In this document: in pieces, positions 59,498-64,000 of the stretch
How the letters are laid out: each line of letters opens with the position of its first letter
How positions within the stretch are numbered: position 1 is the first letter of the stretch
Source of the DNA: Sphaerodactylus townsendi
Taxonomy: Eukaryota
DNA length: 64,000 nucleotides
Direction of reading: 5' to 3'
NCBI RefSeq assembly: GCF_021028975.2
Contig: NC_059427.1
Coordinates: 125,922,001-125,986,000 of the forward strand
Notes under the pieces: model-generated
Told to the model about the DNA's origin: nothing
Database searches by the model: none
Seen by the model: only the letters and a program-made list of their open reading frames with translations
Position numbers and translations under genes: made by a program

Positions 59498-60154
59498 ACT
59501 TTGTTCCTGTAGTCCTAAAATTGGCTAAAACAGTGCATTCTCGCTGGCCCTTTATCTGTGATTTCCTGGTGCTGCAGGGACAGCCCTTCTCTCTGCATAT
59601 GTGCATACAGGCATGGCGGGCCTTGCAAGGTGTTCCATTTCTCACCATATACTTGGTGGAAAGTGCCCTTAGTAGCAGCCCTGGATTTCCTTGATGGTCT
59701 GCCATCCTAGAAGTAACCAGTGCCAATGCTGCTGCTTAGCTTCTGCTGAGATCAGGCTAACCTGGATCATCTTCATACCCCCCGCTATTTTTATTGCCCA
59801 CTTTTGAAATGATTTGTTTTTCCTCCTCCCCCCCCCCCATAAATCAGGGGAGCAGCTCATAATTATTAAACTATCCTCTCCTCACCATCTAGCATTTTAG
59901 AGTGCACATTTCTGCAAAAATAGATTAATTAATTAGATAGGCTCTCCCTATACAGTAAGGATATCTTTCAGAAGCAAAACTGACCCCCTCTGATTCAATG
60001 TCTTCTTCTGAATAGGATCATGGGTCTCCTCAATCACTATAGACTCTGATAACTTAGATGGCTCACCCTTCTGCCAGTGTGAATTAGTTCAGCTATAGTT
60101 TTATAAACTGCCCTAACTGCATCTACTTATCTTGTAGTGCATAGCACTGTTGCA

Positions 60155-60459
60155 GCAGTGGCATAGTGGCTAAGAGCAGTGGCTAAGAGCAGGGGCATTC
60201 TGATCTGAAGGAACCGGATTTGATTCCCAGCTCTGCCACCTGAGCTGTGGAGGCTTATCTGGGGAATTCAGATTAGCCTGTACACTCCCACACACCAGCT
60301 GGGTGACCTTGGGCTAGTTACTTTTCGGAGCCCTCTCAGCCCCACCCACCTCACAGGGTGTTTGTTGTGAGTGGGGAAGGGCAAGGAGATTGTAAACCCA
60401 TTTGAGTCTCCTACAGGAGAGAAAGGGGGGATATAAATCCAAACTCTTCTCTTCTTCTT
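60155..60459 (+). mobile_element. tRNA-derived SINE (Squam3-like), full length
   Basis: Family consensus, duplicated AGTGGCTAAGAGC in the head, (CTT)n tail. Confidence 0.9.
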
Positions 60460-61129
60460 GTTTCACACTGCAGTTTCCTTGATTTGATCTGCCTATCAAT
60501 CAAGACTAAGGAGTGGTCTTCCCTGCTGAATAGATAACAATATTTACATAGTAGGGAAAATTGATGTTATCCTAACCCTTACAGTTATGGAAAGACCACA
60601 TTTAGACATTTCTTCTTGATTTCAGAAGGATTGATGCTATTAAACTTTGATCATATTAAACCCCTTTCAAAGCCAACTTATGTACACTCCGTCACTACAT
60701 GCTGACTCAATGAATTCCACGAGGTCACCAGCCTATGTCAGCTGGGAGGGAGGGAGGGAGGGAGGGAGGGGAGGTGGCTACCTCAACTATCAAGATTTGC
60801 CAGATAAGCACTGAGGGAAGGGAGTTGGCCCTGAGGGAATTTGCAGCAGCCCTGCCAGACTGCAGCAGCACTTGCAGGGGGGCGGGGATAGTATTTCTGG
60901 GCACCCTCCCAATTGATTTTGGGGTCTTGCAAATGGAGGTGGCTATGCAGAGCTTGGGAACCACAGCAAAGAAATAGAGCTGGCTCATGATCCACTTGCA
61001 TTTTTCCCAGGCGGGCCGTATGTTTGACACCCCTGGCCTAAGTGGCAACCCTCAGACTTTAGTGTGTTCATTTCCAATCACTGCCCTTCTGCAGAGTCAA
61101 GCTATTTTCCATACAAGGAGATACCGTTT

Positions 61130-63499
61130 CTGTTTTATTTGATAATACTGTTTATTGTCCGAAGACTCAAATGTCCACGTATGAATTATACAAAGCGTCT
61201 GAGACATGCACAGTCTGCTTGTCTATTCAACAACTTTCATGTGTTCCCAGCACAAGAAAATCTTAGCTTTCAGAATCCAACGGAAAAAAAAGGTCCACCC
61301 CTCCCCCCAATATTACTTCACCCACCAAACAACATCCCAGCTCCCCAATAAGCTTTAAATTATGGCTGCAAGTTAGATGCTTATTTTTCATACTTACTAA
61401 GCAAGATTTGAAAATAATGTAAACTTTCTTTTAAATATTTTGAGTTGCTGGCACGAGGAAGAAGGGGAGACTGTGTATAAGTGTGTCCTTGTGTGTTTCA
61501 GGGAAGGTTCAGTGTGGCACCAGAAGCCACAGAGATAAATTAAGCCAATTTGAAGAGCTTTTGATAACTGCTTTTTCCATAAATAGATTTTTCACAATGG
61601 CCGCTTTTCATACAGCTACCGGAATGGCACGCTGATCTTACTCCCTGGCAGGTTCTAGGACTGCAATTTGGCTAGCAAGAAGCAGTCGTACATCACAGCC
61701 AGCCTCCAACCTCTGGAAACAGTTGTAGGGGCAGGAGGAAGAAGACAGAAGGAGAAATATTATCGCCACTGGCATTATAAAAGAACCGGAGGTCTCTACC
61801 CTCCATACGTTTTGACATTCTTCCCACTGTATGTTGAAAGCTTCCAATGCAGAACCCCTTTAAAATAGTAAGTGCAAATCTAACAGCTAAACAAAGAAAT
61901 TTAAAATAATAATAATAATAATAATGGAGCACAGGAATGATACAACTGATTGCCAAAACAAATGGAAAACATTACAATCAAAAGAGTATCAGCAGAGAGA
62001 GGTAAATGTCACATATGATATAACCATACAGAAGGCAAAAACAGGAGTCTTATATTGGATTGAACAGATTTTTTTCCTTTTTTAAAATATCTTGAAAATC
62101 AAACAGACTGGTCCAGTATGACATCTTTTTAAAATGTTACCTTGATGAACAGCATGAAAAGGCCGGGGGGGGGGGGGGGGAAATAGTTCTGGTTAACAGT
62201 ACTTCTGGGCACCCTCCCAATTAATTTTGGGGTCTTGCAAATGGGGGTGGCTATGCAGAGCCTGGGAGCCCCAGCAAATAAACAGAGCTGATCCAGAAGG
62301 ATCAGCTGGAGGCAGCGCTGGATGATGTGATTATTTTGCAGGCAGCCAGTGTCCCTTTTGTGACTCCAAAGGAACATTTCTAATCACAGTTTAAATGGGT
62401 GTATGCCTCGACTTTCTGGCTCCTGTGATCACATTTTTGGGAGGAGGACATGCAAACTCTCACCTTCCGTGCAATTCTTTCCGACAAAGGTTCACTTCTA
62501 CACCAGGCAGATGATAGAGTTTGAAGCAACTTTGCTCAAGTAAAAACCATGAATGTATAGCATGACATTTCAGATGAGGGGAGAAGAAGGACCACTTTGG
62601 TCTACCAAATACATGAAGGGAATAGGAAATCTTTCCACTGGTTGGGAAGGGCTTTGGCACTAAAATTACATTTATGGCACAAGCATGCAGTAGAATGGTT
62701 GATTGGGAGACTTATTAGGTAACCCAGCTGTGAATTTTCTTTTATTAAAACTTTATACTTGAGAGTGCAGAATTAAAATCTGCACACAGCTATCCCATAC
62801 ACACAAAGGTTTAACATCCATTAACTAACTCTGTGAGCCAACAAGTCACAAAAACATTGTTCTTGAAAGCAGGGAGTACCCTCTTCTCTTTCAGCACTCA
62901 GGAGAAGGATGATTTGCAACAGAAAGGTGAATGAAGCGTTTACCAGTATTGTTGCAAATCAATCCTCTTGTTCTGAGGGCTAGGTTTGCTCTTAGTCCAC
63001 TAGCTGTGTGCATGTGCGGCAGAGAAGGGAAAGACTCCAAAGCACTGAGGGTGGAGTTCTATGTGTGCTGTGTGTCTATGTGCATGTATATAAAGGAGAA
63101 GATAGGCTTTTTACACAGGCAGAAGCCAATAGGGTTGGGATGGGAGCTGTCCCCACAGCGGTGGCTGCTCTCAAGACAATAAGAACCTGGTAGGCCTGCT
63201 ACACAGAATCAGTGGCAATACTTCTCAGCCATTCATACTGTCCATTCTAGGTCCCCCCCCTCCCCCATGCCTTGGCATGTTGATAACTGTGATCCCACTT
63301 GTAAGAAACCACTTGTCACAACACAGGAAGAAACCAATATACAAGTGGCTTAGACATCCTTCCCCTCTACCACCATTGTGCCTGCCCAGGAGACCTTATT
63401 TTTCATGCTGTTTCCAGGAAATGATGTCAGAGGTGGACCAGTCTAATTTCTTGCAGGCTTTGTTGCTATTGGTTATTGGACTGCCATGGCGCTGGGGAC
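61130..63499 (-). other. TIMP2: TIMP2 3'UTR
   Basis: Follows the stop codon. Its end (GACAAGCAGACTGTGCATGTCTC...GGACAATAAACAGTATTATCAAA) resembles the recalled human TIMP2 mRNA 3' end. Confidence 0.75.
61134..61156 (-). terminator. TIMP2: TIMP2 distal polyadenylation signals
   Basis: Two AATAAA hexamers, 61151-61156 and 61134-61139. Confidence 0.75.
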
Positions 63500-63697
63500 T
63501 CAAGGGTCCTCAATGTCAAGAAACTCTTGCTTCGGCGGGGCCACTCCACGGTACCATGCGCATGACCCATCACTCCGCTTGATGCAGGCATAGTGCTTTG
63601 CCTGCCGCCCATTGATGTTCTTCTCAGTCACCCAGTCAGTCCACAGACACTCATCCTGAGCAGAGACATAGCAAGGGATGGAGGGGCAGCGGGAGAT
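63500..63697 (-). CDS. TIMP2: Metalloproteinase inhibitor 2, last coding exon (198 nt); upstream exons lie right of the window
   Basis: CTGCAG|ATC; [65 protein letters not shown] is the TIMP2 C-terminus. Confidence 0.98.
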   Translation of the reverse strand: MSRCPSIPCYVSAQDECLWTDWVTEKNINGRQAKHYACIKRSDGSCAWYRGVAPPKQEFLDIEDP

Positions 63698-64000
63698 CTG
63701 CAGAGAGAAGAGACAACCATTTTGATTGCTAGTGGATATTTCTCCGCTTTGGGGGAGGCTGCTGTTTCTTGTACAAATGCATTTCTCCTGAAAACAAGGG
63801 AAGCTGTAACCCAGGCTATCAAACCAGGCAGGAGTTCTTGCTCTGAGCAACTAAGGGCCTCCACAGGCACATCTTTTCAGCTGCTCAGTAGCAAATATGC
63901 AAATAATCAAGCCGTTCTTTAGGTTCATTGCAGACGTAAATTTTCTTCAAAATGTGAAGCACACAATTAAAAGCAGACAAGGCATAGCCATTCCAGACAT

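Noticed and set aside
59497-59726. N-terminal extension of the 169-aa ORF upstream of CR1 ORF1
   Set aside because: Starts at a non-ATG codon in flanking DNA and is most simply chance open frame running into ORF1.

Overview
This is vertebrate genomic DNA, not microbial. The repeat content points to a squamate reptile, probably a gecko (inference). Three genes lie in tandem on the minus strand in the order recalled for human 17q25: (1) the 5' end of CYTH1 (cytohesin-1), with a CpG-island first exon at 17868-17895, a second candidate first exon at 553-631, and the rest of the gene off the left edge; (2) a complete USP36 gene, with 18 phase-consistent GT-AG coding exons at 25972-50453 (3324 nt, 1107 aa), a 3'UTR intron, a poly(A) signal near 23740 and a CpG-island promoter at about 52.7-54.2 kb; (3) the last coding exon and 3'UTR of TIMP2. 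The rest is introns and intergenic DNA with many tRNA-derived SINEs, about ten hAT-type non-autonomous transposons with 8-bp target-site duplications (SPIN-, OC1- and hAT1-like among them), Penelope-like remnants and a near full-length, indel-riddled CR1 LINE. No novel multi-gene system is evident. The best leads are RNA-processing signals: a candidate 9-nt neural-type microexon in CYTH1 intron 1, and a roughly 190-nt AG-exclusion zone with distant branch points and a frameshifting (poison) acceptor in USP36. Other leads are an overlapping uORF at the USP36 start, a locally templated inverted insertion inside the CR1, and an inverted repeat carrying a decayed hammerhead-like core. Orthologue and repeat-family names rest on recalled sequences, not on searches; repeat boundaries without TSDs are approximate.
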